A stretch of DNA of 52,288 bases, taken from the sequence record DRR723986_9343. One strand, written 5' to 3'. Made by a program: the position numbers and the translations under genes. Of this stretch, positions 1 through 10,969 are shown piece by piece. Numbering within the stretch: position 1 is the first letter of the stretch; each line of letters begins with the position of its first letter. The notes under the pieces are model-generated. The model was not told the DNA's origin, made no database searches, and saw nothing but the letters and a program-made list of their open reading frames with translations.

Positions 1-1
1 T

Positions 2-2497
2 CAGCACGATTCGAGGAAGAAGGACCGCGAGCTCGACCTCACTCAATCCTCGCAGCGAACGCAGGCTGAGCCGATTGGTCTGCCGTCCACTTCCGCCGTG
101 CCTCAACCGCTTGTTCGTGCGAACAACGAACTCGTTGGCGACACGAGCCCAAGCTATGATGCTGGCTACGCCGATTTCTCAGACACAAGTGAAAGCTCTG
201 GCAATCCACTTCGTGGGTCCCAGGTCGTGCTTGCAAGCGCCGACGAGGCCGTAGGTGGAGGCTATTCAACTGGATCAGGGCTCCCACCTGCACTACCAGT
301 AGCACCAACACAGGGTGCAAGCAGTGGAGTCTCGTCGGGTATGCCAGCCATACCAGCACAGTCGTTACCGCACAGCATGCCTGCCCAAGCACCGCCACCA
401 ATCGGCTCTGGGCTGCCAACCATGCCGACTTCAGCACCTGAGAACGCGCTTCCAAGTGCTCCGCCGCCTCAGTTTCCTGCTAGCGGTAGCTTGAATGACT
501 CCACGCCGGCTACCTTGCCTGCTTACCAAGGTGCGGTCGGCGCGTTGTCCGATAGCACCCCAGCAAGCCCGGTTGCATTCAACCAAGAGGCGACGCCAGG
601 GGCTCCTGCCGACGATGGGTATTCAAACGCTCCATCGACACCAGGTGGAGCGTACCCGACGGCTTCGATCCCGGCACAAACAAACAACGAAAGTGCACTA
701 CCAAGCATTCCAACCGGCACGCGACCACCAACTAGCAGTCTGTCCGACACACAACGCCCTGCGGTTCCCATGACGGATCTGTCGGCTCAGCAGCCCAGTG
801 GAGCGCCTAATCCAAGTTCACGGTTTTCCGGCGCGACTTCACCCGCTCCCGATCGATTTGGCGCGACAGGCACGAGTCCAGCTCGTTCGTTGTCAGGTGC
901 AAATCCAAGTAACGGTGGACCCGGTGGTTACTCACAGCAATCATTACCGACTGGCATGGGCCGTTCTCAGAGTGGTTCCACACAGGATAGCTTTACAAGT
1001 GCAAGCCCTGCACAGCGTGGCTCCACAATGCGGACCGCGTCAGGTGCAAGCAACGCGGCTTCGATGGTCGGACTCGCATCGCTCGTTAGCGATCAGCCCG
1101 GTAATCGCTATCTTGATGGCCAGCAACGCCCAGACGTTTCCATTGAGATTCGACCACCGGCTGAAGAAATTCAAGTCGGTAAGAAGGCTACGTTCATGAT
1201 GATGGTGACAAATCATGGCGGTGCCGACGCGCTAAACGTTCGCGTCGTCGACAAGATTCCTCAGGGAACACGATTTTCTGGTAGTGAGCCGGAAGTGAAT
1301 CCGAATGCAGATGGTTTGCTGGTTTGGGACCTTGGAACCGTGCCTGCTGGCGAAGAGCGACTGATCCGCATCAATCTCATTCCCGAGGTTGAAGGCGAGA
1401 TTGGCAGCATGGCCAGCGTTATGTTTGCGGCTCAAGCAAGTGTTCGGACACTAGCGACGAAGCCCAAGCTGGAGATCGAGATCGATGCTAGCCCGAGTGT
1501 AATGATTGGCTCGGACTTCCAGCCTCGAATGACAATTCGAAACGCTGGAACCGGAGTTGCGAGGAATGTAACTTTGGAAGTTGACGTGCCTAGCAATCTG
1601 TCGCACCCGGGTGGTAGTACCATTGGTGCTGATCTAAACAACCTCTACCCGAGCGAATCGCGTCCAATCGACGGCCTAGTATTTGCCGCCGCCGCCGCTG
1701 GACAAGGCCAATGTGTCGTCAGGGCGCTTACCGAAGATGGTGTCCAGTTTGAAAAGATCATCAATGTTGAAGTGAAGGCACCGAAGCTGGTCGCCCGAAT
1801 CCAGGGCCCCCGTGAGCGCTACCTGCAACGCGAAGCGGCGTACACCTTGGCAGTGATGAACAACGGCACTGCTCCAGCGACCAACTTGGATTTCGCCGTC
1901 CACTTGCCCGCTGGATTGAAGTACGTTGGCTGTAGTCTTGCTCAAGCAGAATACGATCGTGCCCAACATATTCTGCACGTTGGTTTGACAGAACTTCCCG
2001 CTGGTACGCCTGCTGAATTCCAAGTCAGATTGCTGCCTGTCGAGCTAGGCCCACAGTCCTTTACACTCAAGGCCAACGGAGACTTGGGAGCAACGGCAGA
2101 AGCGATCACACAAGTTGACGTGAACGGTCGTGCGGAACTCGAATTCCTAGTTCGCCAAGACGATGGAGTGATCGAAGTCGGTGCTACGAAGACTTACGAA
2201 GTACGTGTGCTCAACAAGGGCGATAAACCGGATCGCAACGTTCGTCTGCAGATCACGCTCCCAGAAGGTGCGCGACTAGTGAACGTGAATCCGCAAGTGA
2301 AGTATCGTCAGCAAGGCAATACGATCGACTTCGAACCGATCGCCGAAATGCCAATTCGCGATACTCGCATGTATAGCTTTGAAATCGAACACAATCGCAA
2401 GGGCACTCAACTGGTCAAGACTCGCATCATCAGCGAAAACTTGAACGTTGGTGTGTTGAAAGAGATTCCGACTTTCGTTTACGACGATAACGAATAA
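2..2497 (+). CDS. DUF11/OmcB-like repeat protein with long Pro/Ser/Ala-rich N-terminal region; 5'-truncated by the window edge
   Basis: Frame is open from base 2 (QHDSRKKDRELDL...) into the listed ORF at 98. The C-terminal ~460 aa has repeated Ig-like DUF11-type units (VGKKATFMMMVTNHGGADALNVRVVDKIPQG; YTLAVMNNGTAPATNLDFAVHLPAGLKYV; VGATKTYEVRVLNKGDKPDRNVRLQITLPEG). Confidence 0.8.
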   Translation, partial: QHDSRKKDRELDLTQSSQRTQAEPIGLPSTSAVPQPLVRANNELVGDTSPSYDAGYADFSDTSESSGNPLRGSQVVLASADEAVGGGYSTGSGLPPALPVAPTQGASSGVSSGMPAIPAQSLPHSMPAQAPPPIGSGLPTMPTSAPENALPSAPPPQFPASGSLNDSTPATLPAYQGAVGALSDSTPASPVAFNQEATPGAPADDGYSNAPSTPGGAYPTASIPAQTNNESALPSIPTGTRPPTSSLSDTQRPAVPMTDLSAQQPSGAPNPSSRFSGATSPAPDRFGATGTSPARSLSGANPSNGGPGGYSQQSLPTGMGRSQSGSTQDSFTSASPAQRGSTMRTASGASNAASMVGLASLVSDQPGNRYLDGQQRPDVSIEIRPPAEEIQVGKKATFMMMVTNHGGADALNVRVVDKIPQGTRFSGSEPEVNPNADGLLVWDLGTVPAGEERLIRINLIPEVEGEIGSMASVMFAAQASVRTLATKPKLEIEIDASPSVMIGSDFQPRMTIRNAGTGVARNVTLEVDVPSNLSHPGGSTIGADLNNLYPSESRPIDGLVFAAAAAGQGQCVVRALTEDGVQFEKIINVEVKAPKLVARIQGPRERYLQREAAYTLAVMNNGTAPATNLDFAVHLPAGLKYVGCSLAQAEYDRAQHILHVGLTELPAGTPAEFQVRLLPVELGPQSFTLKANGDLGATAEAITQVDVNGRAELEFLVRQDDGVIEVGATKTYEVRVLNKGDKPDRNVRLQITLPEGARLVNVNPQVKYRQQGNTIDFEPIAEMPIRDTRMYSFEIEHNRKGTQLVKTRIISENLNVGVLKEIPTFVYDDNE

Positions 2498-2695
2498 GGC
2501 CACTTGCTTCCATTGCCGCAAGAATTGATGTGGCTTTGGTTTGAATCTAAATGAATCAGTGGTACCGCTAGGTTTGGGCCGCGGCCACCACTGAACCTTT
2601 GGGAGTCGCTCCGAAAATCAGCGAACCCGTTCGACTGGGACGTGTCCAGGTGTCTTGTCTGAACCGCTTCCTTTCTGCGCTGAGTGAACGATTGT

Positions 2696-4213
2696 ATGTC
2701 TGCCAATTCCGATGAAGGCCCCAGCGCTTTCGAGGATGTCCTTCGGTATGAATCCGAGGGTATTTCCACGCTGGACGTCGGGAATGAGTGTAGCCCGATC
2801 ACCGTCATCGCTAATGATCAGATTCGTTCTGGTTTCAGCGACGAATGCTTGCAGCAGGCGATCAATGCCAGGCTAGCTCCGGGAGTTTCGGACGTGATCA
2901 TCAATCCCGATGCTCACGTTGGTTATGGAGCTCCTGTCGGATGTGTGATGGTCTCGCCTAACCATATCTACCCAGGGCCAGTTGGCGTGGACATCAAGTG
3001 TTCGATGAGTCTCCTGCAGACGGACTTGCCCGCAAGTGAAATTGAATCACCAAAGACCCGCAAGGAGCTGATCAAAGCGATCTGCAGCCGCATCCCAACG
3101 GGTACCGGCCGAGGGCAAAGGGCTGCCCCCAAGGCGCGTCAGATTGACCAAAGATTGGGCGTCGCTGCAGCCTGCTACGGTGCAAGCAAAAATGTTCTGC
3201 GGAAACTTGGTATTCCCAAGGAGTGGGCACGGCAGTGCGAAGACGCTTCGCACACTGGCATCGATGGTAGCCCGGAGACGCTTCAGTTTCGTCTCGAGCG
3301 AATGATTGATGGACGCAAGCTTGAGCGTTTTGCCTTGCAAGCACAGCAGCTCGGTTCCTATGGCGGTGGCAATCACTTTGGCGAATGTGAAATCGTCGAA
3401 TTGGCACAAGATCCAGACGCAGCGAGAGTCGCTGAAGGTTTTGGTCTGAAGAATAACCACGTAGCCTTCTTATCACACTGCGGTTCACGTGGGTTTGGGC
3501 ACACGCTCGCCTCACGTCAGTTCAAATCACTTCGGAAAGTGTTTCAAAAGAAGGGCTTGGCATATCCAGCGGGAGATCGCGATCTTGTTTACGCCGAAAT
3601 TAGCACTCCGGAAGCAGACGCCTATCTGGTCGACATGGCTCTTGGTGCGAACTTTGCCACCGTAAATCATCTCCTGATCAATCAGCTTGTACTCGAAGCA
3701 TTTCAGCAGGTTGTGCCGGGAACACGCGGCGAGCTGATCTACTTCATCAGTCACAACATCGCTCGCCAAGAACAAATTGCAGACCGCGTGCAGTGGGTGC
3801 ACCGCAAGGGCGCTACGAGAGCTCTGCCAGGTGGGCATCCAGAGTTGATAGGCACTCCGTTCGAATCAACCGGGCATCCAATTCTTTTACCTGGCAATCC
3901 GCGTGATGGTTCGAGCGTCATGGTAGCTCGGCCAGGTGCCCGCCGCAGTGCATATAGCATCAACCACGGGGCAGGCCGAAGTATGTCTCGGCGACAAGCA
4001 AAATTGCGGCTTGATCAGAATCGAATCGATCAAGAGTTTGCCGACTTGGATATCATGAGCAACTGCAAGTTTTATCCAAAGGACGAAGCACCGTCGGCGT
4101 ACAAAGACTTTCGTCAAGTTCTCGAAAGCGTCTCGCAAGCAGGTCTGGCAGACGAGGTCGCACGTCTGAAAGCTAAGTTCGTCATCAAGGACGGCTCTGA
4201 CCCGGACGATTAG
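2696..4213 (+). CDS. rtcB: RtcB family RNA 2',3'-cyclic phosphate/3'-phosphate-5'-OH ligase
   Basis: RtcB motifs PDAHVGYGAPVG, VGVDIKCSM, GGGNHFGE, SHCGSRGFGH, SHNIA, HRKGAT, SINHGAGR, DEAPSAYKD. ATG at 2696 preferred over GTG at 2684. Confidence 0.93.
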   Translation: MSANSDEGPSAFEDVLRYESEGISTLDVGNECSPITVIANDQIRSGFSDECLQQAINARLAPGVSDVIINPDAHVGYGAPVGCVMVSPNHIYPGPVGVDIKCSMSLLQTDLPASEIESPKTRKELIKAICSRIPTGTGRGQRAAPKARQIDQRLGVAAACYGASKNVLRKLGIPKEWARQCEDASHTGIDGSPETLQFRLERMIDGRKLERFALQAQQLGSYGGGNHFGECEIVELAQDPDAARVAEGFGLKNNHVAFLSHCGSRGFGHTLASRQFKSLRKVFQKKGLAYPAGDRDLVYAEISTPEADAYLVDMALGANFATVNHLLINQLVLEAFQQVVPGTRGELIYFISHNIARQEQIADRVQWVHRKGATRALPGGHPELIGTPFESTGHPILLPGNPRDGSSVMVARPGARRSAYSINHGAGRSMSRRQAKLRLDQNRIDQEFADLDIMSNCKFYPKDEAPSAYKDFRQVLESVSQAGLADEVARLKAKFVIKDGSDPDD

Positions 4214-4292
4214 CGCACCGCGACATGCGAGGTTCGAACACTTACTAGGTGTTGCGACATCTGCGAGCTGGTGCCATCTACGCGGAGTCAAT

Positions 4293-6959
4293 CTACACGG
4301 AGTCACTTGTAAGAGTGTGTAGCGTCAGGCCAGAGAGCTCTTTCTCCGAGCCTCCGCACAGTATGCTGGTGATGTATCCGCAGGAGAAGCATGTCGCGAT
4401 GCCACAAGCGGTGTAAAGATAGCCACTCAAAGAGCTCCACATCCACAGGCTGAACATCACTGCGGCTCCGGTGATCGCGCCGACGAGAGCTCCGGTCGCG
4501 TTGGCCCGCGTCGAGAGCGCGCCAAGGCAAAAGAGCCCTCCTAGTACGCCCATAAATAGACCTATCACCACGATGAATGCATCAAACAGCGACTTGATTT
4601 CTGGATTGACGAAGAGCAGTCCGAGTAGCGTTCCAGCGGCTCCGACGAATCCGGTGATCCAGCGAGCCGCCTTGAGATAAGAGCCGTCGCTTGCAAAGCG
4701 GTTCAACGGACGCAGGAAGTCTACAACGATGGTGGTCGAGATCGAGTTCATGCTGGTTGAGACGGTTGATTGTGCCGCAGCGAAAATGCCTGCAACGATC
4801 AATCCTGCTAGTCCGATCGGTAACTCGCGAGCGATGAAGAGTGGGAAGACTTGGTCCGTATTCATCGTTGGATCAAGCCGCTCTGGATGTGATTTGTAGA
4901 AGGCAAACAGAGCGGTACCAATTCCGAAGAACAAAACAGTAGCCGGAATTGAGAGCACAGCGTTGGTCCAGATAGACTTGGACGCATCCGATTGGTCTGG
5001 TGTGGTCATGTACCTCTGAACAACCGCTTGATCCGAAGTGTAGGAAGAGATGTTCTGAGCGATCGCCCCGATGACGATGACCCACAGGGCAATTTGCGTG
5101 CTGAAAGGGTCAACATGCCAATTGGCCAATCGCATCTTGTCGGCATCCTGCGCGGTCGCCCAAGCTCCGGAAAAACCGCCCTCGGTACCCTGAACCAGAA
5201 ATACCAGGGCGCAAGCAGCCCCGCCTAGCAGCACAACCGCCTGAACGGTGTCTGTCCATATCACTGCTTCGATTCCACCCATTGTGCAGTAAACAATACT
5301 GAGTATCCCCATGACCATGACGGCTTGCGGTGGAGTCAGCGGCGTAGCCACGGCAAGCGCCAGGCCGGTTAGCGAGAGAACGACCGCCATGCGGAAGACA
5401 TGAAACAGAGTGAAGCACATGCTGCCAAACAAGCGGACACGCCTCGAAAACCGCTTCTCTAGATACTCATAGGCACTTGTCGCGTCGATGCGGCGAAAGA
5501 ATGGCATCGCAACGTAGACCGCTGCAAAAGCGCTGACCGGTATCATGAAGTTGCCAATCGAGTACACCCAGTCCTGTGCGTAAGCTTTCGAGGGAAGGCC
5601 TGTAAAAGTGAGAGAGCTGAGCATGGTTGCGAAAATACTGCAGCCAGCCGCCCACCAGGGGATCTTCTTGCCGCCTCGAAAGTAGTCGTCGGCATTCTTG
5701 TTCCGTCTGGCGAAGAAGATGCCGATACCAACCATGGCGAGTAGATAACCGGTCAAGACAAGATAGTTGATGAATCCAAAACTCTCCGTTCTCTCCAGTG
5801 GTTGAATCGCCCAGACTTCGGGGCTTCGAACTCTGGGGCGGATCTCACCGCTTGCGACGATGACGTCATCCTGCCAGCGGACGGCCGTTGTTGTCACGTG
5901 GTTTTGAGGAGTCTTGCCGGCTGAAGTCCAGGTATCCGTGATCGTGTGGTAAGCGAAGGCTTCTCGCGGAAAACCTGGATGGTCGTCCTTTAGCTCGTCG
6001 GCACGTCCGAATAGCGAGCCATCGTCTCCACCAAGAATCAGGATGTGGCTCTGTCCTAGATCAATCCCGGAGCCCGCCATGAAGCACTGAGGTGCATCGG
6101 CACGTTGCCGCCATTGTTGTTTGCTTGGTGAAAACTCCCATACATCTCGCAAGAACTGTGGCTTTCCATCAGCCAGGCATCTGCCGCTAATTACGTACAG
6201 ACAGCGCTCAAATCCATTGTGTTGGGTTGCGACGATGGGAAACGCACGAGGTGGACCTGGAACCGGTGGAAGGACTTGCCATCCCCACGAACCGTCTGCG
6301 GTCGATTGTCCTGCCTTAAGTTTGTCCGCATTGAAGTCGCCAAGATTTAGCGACCAGAGCGTGTTGGTTGACGATTCCAGTTCAGCTCCCGATTGTCCAC
6401 ATGTTACGTAGACTGTTGGCCCAATCAATCCACCGCCTGCATAGGCACGAGGTTCAGGAAGGCTGGGAAGGTCGGTTATGGAAAGCGAGTCAGATTTCGG
6501 CGGTATCGCCAGTAGTGAGACGCTCGCAAACGTTGCTTGGCCATCATTTCCGCCGGCGCACACAACACCATGGCGCGTCGAAACGCTCACGCCGTATGCA
6601 ATCCGCCGCGGGAGATCGCCAGCATTTTGCCAGGAAATTCCTTCGCTAGTCCGGACACCCGCGTAGATTTTGTCGTGCCACTGCTTTTCGCTTTCCCAAA
6701 TCGGCAGTGGGAAATTTGCTCCACCTGCGACAATCAACTTCTTGCCGTGGACGCCCACAAACGGTCCCGCAACACCAAGCGGATCAGGGATGTCCCCTAG
6801 ATCGTTCCATTGAAGCCAATCTGTATCGTCCGTTGCCTCCTGGCCATTGTCGCCAGAGCTCGCTGTTTGGGCATAGCAAGATGCGGTGAGCACGAATGCC
6901 ATCAGGGCAGCCATCGGCAAGTGGTTCGTCAGCACGCTGAGTGGTTGGATTGACTTCAT
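4293..6959 (-). CDS. Fusion of a signal peptide, a Kelch-repeat NanM-like (mutarotase-like) domain and a sodium:solute symporter (SiaT-like), probable sialic acid uptake
   Basis: N-terminal Kelch repeats ([46 protein letters not shown]) at about 5800-6820. SSS domain at about 4293-5780 ([71 protein letters not shown]). Lies 7 bp downstream of nanA. Confidence 0.88.
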   Translation of the reverse strand: MKSIQPLSVLTNHLPMAALMAFVLTASCYAQTASSGDNGQEATDDTDWLQWNDLGDIPDPLGVAGPFVGVHGKKLIVAGGANFPLPIWESEKQWHDKIYAGVRTSEGISWQNAGDLPRRIAYGVSVSTRHGVVCAGGNDGQATFASVSLLAIPPKSDSLSITDLPSLPEPRAYAGGGLIGPTVYVTCGQSGAELESSTNTLWSLNLGDFNADKLKAGQSTADGSWGWQVLPPVPGPPRAFPIVATQHNGFERCLYVISGRCLADGKPQFLRDVWEFSPSKQQWRQRADAPQCFMAGSGIDLGQSHILILGGDDGSLFGRADELKDDHPGFPREAFAYHTITDTWTSAGKTPQNHVTTTAVRWQDDVIVASGEIRPRVRSPEVWAIQPLERTESFGFINYLVLTGYLLAMVGIGIFFARRNKNADDYFRGGKKIPWWAAGCSIFATMLSSLTFTGLPSKAYAQDWVYSIGNFMIPVSAFAAVYVAMPFFRRIDATSAYEYLEKRFSRRVRLFGSMCFTLFHVFRMAVVLSLTGLALAVATPLTPPQAVMVMGILSIVYCTMGGIEAVIWTDTVQAVVLLGGAACALVFLVQGTEGGFSGAWATAQDADKMRLANWHVDPFSTQIALWVIVIGAIAQNISSYTSDQAVVQRYMTTPDQSDASKSIWTNAVLSIPATVLFFGIGTALFAFYKSHPERLDPTMNTDQVFPLFIARELPIGLAGLIVAGIFAAAQSTVSTSMNSISTTIVVDFLRPLNRFASDGSYLKAARWITGFVGAAGTLLGLLFVNPEIKSLFDAFIVVIGLFMGVLGGLFCLGALSTRANATGALVGAITGAAVMFSLWMWSSLSGYLYTACGIATCFSCGYITSILCGGSEKELSGLTLHTLTSDSV

Positions 6960-6966
6960 GAGTTTG

Positions 6967-7872
6967 TTATCTCGACCAATCGAAGAAACCGATTGCCTTG
7001 AGCTCGCTCTCGAGATGCTGGACTTCGTCGGGCGTCAAATTTCCTTGTGGCAGGCGGCATGGTCCGCTTGGAATTCCACGCATGCTCAATACGGATTTTA
7101 CGGCTGCATGGAAAGGGAATTGATTCAGTGTTCTGACGAGCTGTACGCTCTTAAGCTGAAGAGCCTGTGCCTGCGGGATGTCTCCTGCTTCGAAAGCTTT
7201 GATCAAATCCAGGTACAGCTTGGGAGCAACATTGTAAGTGCTACCGATTGCAGCCTTCGCGCCGCTCGATAACGCGCCCAATAACATCTCATCGCACCCC
7301 CAGACTGCATCGTACTGACTGTTGCAGACCGACAGGCACTCTTGAAATTCGAACAGCTTTGTATCCGTATACTTGATACCAGCGAGATTCGGGATGCGCT
7401 CACTTGCAGCTTGCATTAGCATCGATGGGTTTATCGTTGAGCCAGTGAAAGCTGGAATATGGTAGTAGTAGAATGGTGTCGTCCCACAAGCACTTGCAAT
7501 CTCTCCAATGGACTGTAGCAGCAGTTCTTGATCTTGAAGAGGGAAATAGGATGGACAAGTCGCCGAGACCGCAGCGGCTCCAGAAGCGACTGCGTGTTTA
7601 GCAAGAGATGCTGCGTCACGAAGGCTGTTGTGGCCGACTTGAACGATGACGGGAATTCTGCCTCCAGCGGCTTCGATGTAAGCTTCGGCGGTGCGTCGGC
7701 GTTCGTCGCAAGTCATTGACATGCCTTCGCCGGTGCTTCCGCAAACATATAGGCCTGAGATTGCCCCGGCGATTAAGTGTTCCACCATGGGGGCAACTGA
7801 ATCGAGTGCAAGCTCCCCTGCCCCATCCAGCGGTGTGTAGGTTGCAGCTATGAGTCCGCTAAGTCGTTCCAT
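6967..7872 (-). CDS. nanA: N-acetylneuraminate lyase (DHDPS/NAL family)
   Basis: [22 protein letters not shown], Schiff-base [13 protein letters not shown] and AIGSTYN; the GxDE and GSTYN motifs are typical of NAL rather than DapA. Confidence 0.85.
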   Translation of the reverse strand: MERLSGLIAATYTPLDGAGELALDSVAPMVEHLIAGAISGLYVCGSTGEGMSMTCDERRRTAEAYIEAAGGRIPVIVQVGHNSLRDAASLAKHAVASGAAAVSATCPSYFPLQDQELLLQSIGEIASACGTTPFYYYHIPAFTGSTINPSMLMQAASERIPNLAGIKYTDTKLFEFQECLSVCNSQYDAVWGCDEMLLGALSSGAKAAIGSTYNVAPKLYLDLIKAFEAGDIPQAQALQLKSVQLVRTLNQFPFHAAVKSVLSMRGIPSGPCRLPQGNLTPDEVQHLESELKAIGFFDWSR

Positions 7873-8143
7873 GGCTTCGGTTTCAAATCGAGATAGCCGC
7901 GTTCCGCGACCAGAGGTTGTTTACTTTGAATAGACACGCCGTCCCGTTCGTGTTGACGGTATCGGAGTATCGATAAAATGGCCGTGATTGTAGCCGATAC
8001 CGGATCCCTAGTTCTGGCTTGTGCTCAAAGTACGCTCCTGGAGTGCGAAGATTTCGAGAATATCTGCCGCATCACCTTTGTCGGACAAATGCCATTGCCG
8101 GGTTGTCGTTACGATTGACCAGTTAAGAACTGTGTCGAAAACC

Positions 8144-9280
8144 ATGAAGGAACAAAATACGATGAGACGATCTACTTGCTTCTTGTGGTGCGGCGTATTG
8201 CTAAGCGTCGCGAGCTTCGCACAACCGATTTGCGGTCAGGAAAGGGCTGCTCAAACAAGGGGGGAAAGCACGGTGGATGACGTGTCGGACAAGGCAACTG
8301 CTACTGAGCCGCATCGATCCGCGAAGCCAATCGTCATTGCTCACCGCGGTGCGAGTGGCTATGTGGCCGAACACACTGAGGCGGCCAAAGTGCTCGCTAT
8401 TGCTCAGGGGGCTGACTACGTCGAACAAGACTTGGTTCTGAGCAAAGACTTGCAACTAATCGTAGCCCATGATATCCATCTTGACGCCACCACAAACGTA
8501 GGTGATTTCTTCCCGGAGCGGCGTCGCGAGGATGGCAAGTATTACTATGCCGACTTCACTTGGGCGGAGTTGCGGCGGCTATCTGTGGGCGAGCGAACGA
8601 TTGGCGTCGCCAAGTACGCGGGCCGATTCGACCAGCAGTTGGACCAGCACATGATGCGGTTCGTTGACGAAGTGAAGCTGGTGCAGGGGCTAAATCGCAC
8701 TCTTGGAAAGCAAGTTGGATTGCATGTTGAGCTGAAACGTCCCGCTTGGCATCTGGAGAACTTCGGAATTCATCCCGCCGAGAAGCTCCTGCCGATTCTG
8801 AAACAGTTTGGTTACAGCGAGCCGGACGATAGATGCTTCATACAGTGTTTTGAATCTGAGGAGCTGAAGTTTCTCCGAAGTCAAGGCTGTCGACTGAAGT
8901 TGATTAAGCTCTGCGGCAGTTCACTCGGAGAATTGTTGGCCGAGGATGACACCGAGCGTGACCGCCTTGAAAAAGTTAGTGATGCGCTGTCTGCAGTGCG
9001 CGAATATGCAGACGGCATCGGGCCGCCACTTAGTCTTTTGGCCGAAAAGGAAGGAGGCAGCTTGCGTTCAACTGTGCTCGTCAAAGCGGCTCGCAAGGCT
9101 GGGCTCGTCGTCCATCCCTACACCGTCCGCGCGGATGACTTGCCAAGTTGGGCTGAATCGACTGATCAACTGCACCAATTTCTAATTCAGGAGCTTCAGG
9201 TGGATGGCTTCTTCACCGATTTTCCCGACTTAGGACGCAAGGCCGTCGACAAACTTAGCTTGATGCCAGCCGCACGATAG
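8144..9280 (+). CDS. glpQ: Periplasmic glycerophosphodiester phosphodiesterase
   Basis: VIAHRGASGYVAEHT, GADYVEQDLVLSKD, AHDIHLD, HVELK, FIQCF, VHPYTVRAD, VDGFFTDFPD. Signal peptide follows Met at 8144 or 8162; start uncertain. Confidence 0.88.
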   Translation: MKEQNTMRRSTCFLWCGVLLSVASFAQPICGQERAAQTRGESTVDDVSDKATATEPHRSAKPIVIAHRGASGYVAEHTEAAKVLAIAQGADYVEQDLVLSKDLQLIVAHDIHLDATTNVGDFFPERRREDGKYYYADFTWAELRRLSVGERTIGVAKYAGRFDQQLDQHMMRFVDEVKLVQGLNRTLGKQVGLHVELKRPAWHLENFGIHPAEKLLPILKQFGYSEPDDRCFIQCFESEELKFLRSQGCRLKLIKLCGSSLGELLAEDDTERDRLEKVSDALSAVREYADGIGPPLSLLAEKEGGSLRSTVLVKAARKAGLVVHPYTVRADDLPSWAESTDQLHQFLIQELQVDGFFTDFPDLGRKAVDKLSLMPAAR

Positions 9281-9320
9281 TTCGGGTGCAGATTGCTGCG
9301 GTGAGAGTTCGTACGAACGG

Positions 9321-9668
9321 TTATGGTCTTGATCGGAGCATTGTTTCGACAGCATCTTTACCGAGCATTCCCGTCCGAACGCCGACCGCCTCTGCTTGAG
9401 GCGTGACACCAACGATACGAGCCTCCAGGAGATCTTCTGGAGTGACCAGCGGGTTCTCTGGTGTGCCCTTTGCGATCGCGATGGCCTGCCCAAATTCAGC
9501 GGCCGTCGCCAGATCATAGATTCCACACCCGACGATGCCCGCCTCAGTCAGGATGGAACAATACTGTCCACCGTTCCAGAGTTGCCAGGTGCCGATCGCA
9601 GATCCAGCATTGAAGCTCATCAATTTTCGATTGGCTTGAGGTAGCGACGCTGCCGGTTGGTTTGACAT
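9321..9668 (-). CDS. YunC/DUF1805 family protein
   Basis: GIVGCGIYD...AIAIAKG...EDLLEARIVGVTPQAEAVGVRTGMLGKDAV pattern; ATG at 9668 chosen. Confidence 0.75.
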   Translation of the reverse strand: MSNQPAASLPQANRKLMSFNAGSAIGTWQLWNGGQYCSILTEAGIVGCGIYDLATAAEFGQAIAIAKGTPENPLVTPEDLLEARIVGVTPQAEAVGVRTGMLGKDAVETMLRSRP

Positions 9669-9758
9669 CTTGATCTCTATTCTTGAAGCCTGGAGATTCA
9701 ACCCGTTGCTGTTAGGTTACTCGCCAACGCAAAGTATTCAACTTCACAGGATTCACTT

Positions 9759-10916
9759 TCACATGCCATCGACCGGGTATGCCCCATAGTATCCCGAGTT
9801 ACAGCCATAACCTCCTGCAATGACTCCCGGCGTGGAATCCCACGATCCGGGCTGCTGCCAAGCTCGATCTCGCGACACGGGCAGCAGACACGGCTTCTCG
9901 CGCTTGATCAACATCTCCAGGTACGCCTCGACCTCGAGTTGAGTTTGATAGGGAGCAGACACTGTCAGTAGCAACTGGGAGTTCGTTGCCTGCACCGTAA
10001 TGGTGCTTTCTCCACCTGCTGAGATCCAATCGTCTGGCGATATGTGCATTGTGATACTATGCCGAACCGAGTCTAGAGTGTCAAAGGATTCGAGTGGCGA
10101 CAAGTCAAAGGATCGCAAGGTCGGACGTGAATGTGCCGAGTCGAGAGTCTCGATGCGCAGGAGGTTGTTCTTGATCTGAAAAGCCAAATCAAGCTGATGA
10201 AGGCATGCATTCAGTTTCTGCAAGACCGTTCCTTCGGGAATAGAGCCTGCAAGCTTGGTGTCCTGAAATATTTCGTAAATTTCGAGTTCGGATTCTTCGC
10301 AGTGTGTAGGTGTAATGGTGTTCAGGTGATGAATGAGGTCCGCGATTGTGAATCCTTCCCAGGATGTATCGTCATGTTGTTGTAATCGCTGCAGTATTAC
10401 TCTCTCTTGATCCGTGGTCATTTGCGAGTCGATACAGAAAGATACAAGCCGTTTGCCGGCTTCTGACCGCATCGGTGCGGCGGCGGATGTATCCGTAGTT
10501 CGTTGGTAGTCGATAAGTGCAACTGCGAAAAGCAATCCACCGAGCAAAATGCAACACGTGGTGCAAATCAAGACGTTTGCATTGTCCGTAAGCAGACGCC
10601 GAATTCCCCTTGGGCCATAAGGAGGAAGGCGTCGGGTATCTCGTAAGTTACGTGCGCTCGGCGCATCGTTCCGCGCAATCTGTGCCGCCGGTTCCCAAGT
10701 GCAGTGGTCGTTAGCACCGTGATGTGCTGCATTGACTCGACTAGTGAACAATCTTGATGTCCTGGCCACTACTTCCTCTCCTGTTCGCTTGTGGAATTCC
10801 CAGTCAGGCCAATGAGCAAGCACTGTGCCAAAGTGCCGCCGATTGAGGATTGGTATGCAGTTTGCTAAAATCCCGAGTTCGTTCGCCGCGTGATGCGTCG
10901 AAAATGTAGTTACCAC
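9759..10916 (-). CDS. Hypothetical membrane-anchored protein with a secretin-N/STN-like planctomycete module; true start probably well downstream of 10916
   Basis: Hydrophobic segment CCILLGGLLFAVALI followed by LDLAFQIKNNLLRIET...LRSFDL...ITMHISPDDWISAGGESTI...LLTVSAPYQTQLEVEAYL. The N-terminal ~110 codons look non-protein-like and would leave only 17 bp before the listed start of the divergent gene. Confidence 0.55.
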   Translation of the reverse strand: MVTTFSTHHAANELGILANCIPILNRRHFGTVLAHWPDWEFHKRTGEEVVARTSRLFTSRVNAAHHGANDHCTWEPAAQIARNDAPSARNLRDTRRLPPYGPRGIRRLLTDNANVLICTTCCILLGGLLFAVALIDYQRTTDTSAAAPMRSEAGKRLVSFCIDSQMTTDQERVILQRLQQHDDTSWEGFTIADLIHHLNTITPTHCEESELEIYEIFQDTKLAGSIPEGTVLQKLNACLHQLDLAFQIKNNLLRIETLDSAHSRPTLRSFDLSPLESFDTLDSVRHSITMHISPDDWISAGGESTITVQATNSQLLLTVSAPYQTQLEVEAYLEMLIKREKPCLLPVSRDRAWQQPGSWDSTPGVIAGGYGCNSGYYGAYPVDGM

Positions 10917-10969
10917 AATCGTGCGAATTCTGCGTGCGATTACATGTTATTGCTTCTGAGGAGCTGGGT

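Noticed and set aside
6967-7872. dapA (dihydrodipicolinate synthase)
   Set aside because: GSTGE, GxDE and GSTYN motifs plus the adjacent Kelch-SSS gene favour N-acetylneuraminate lyase.
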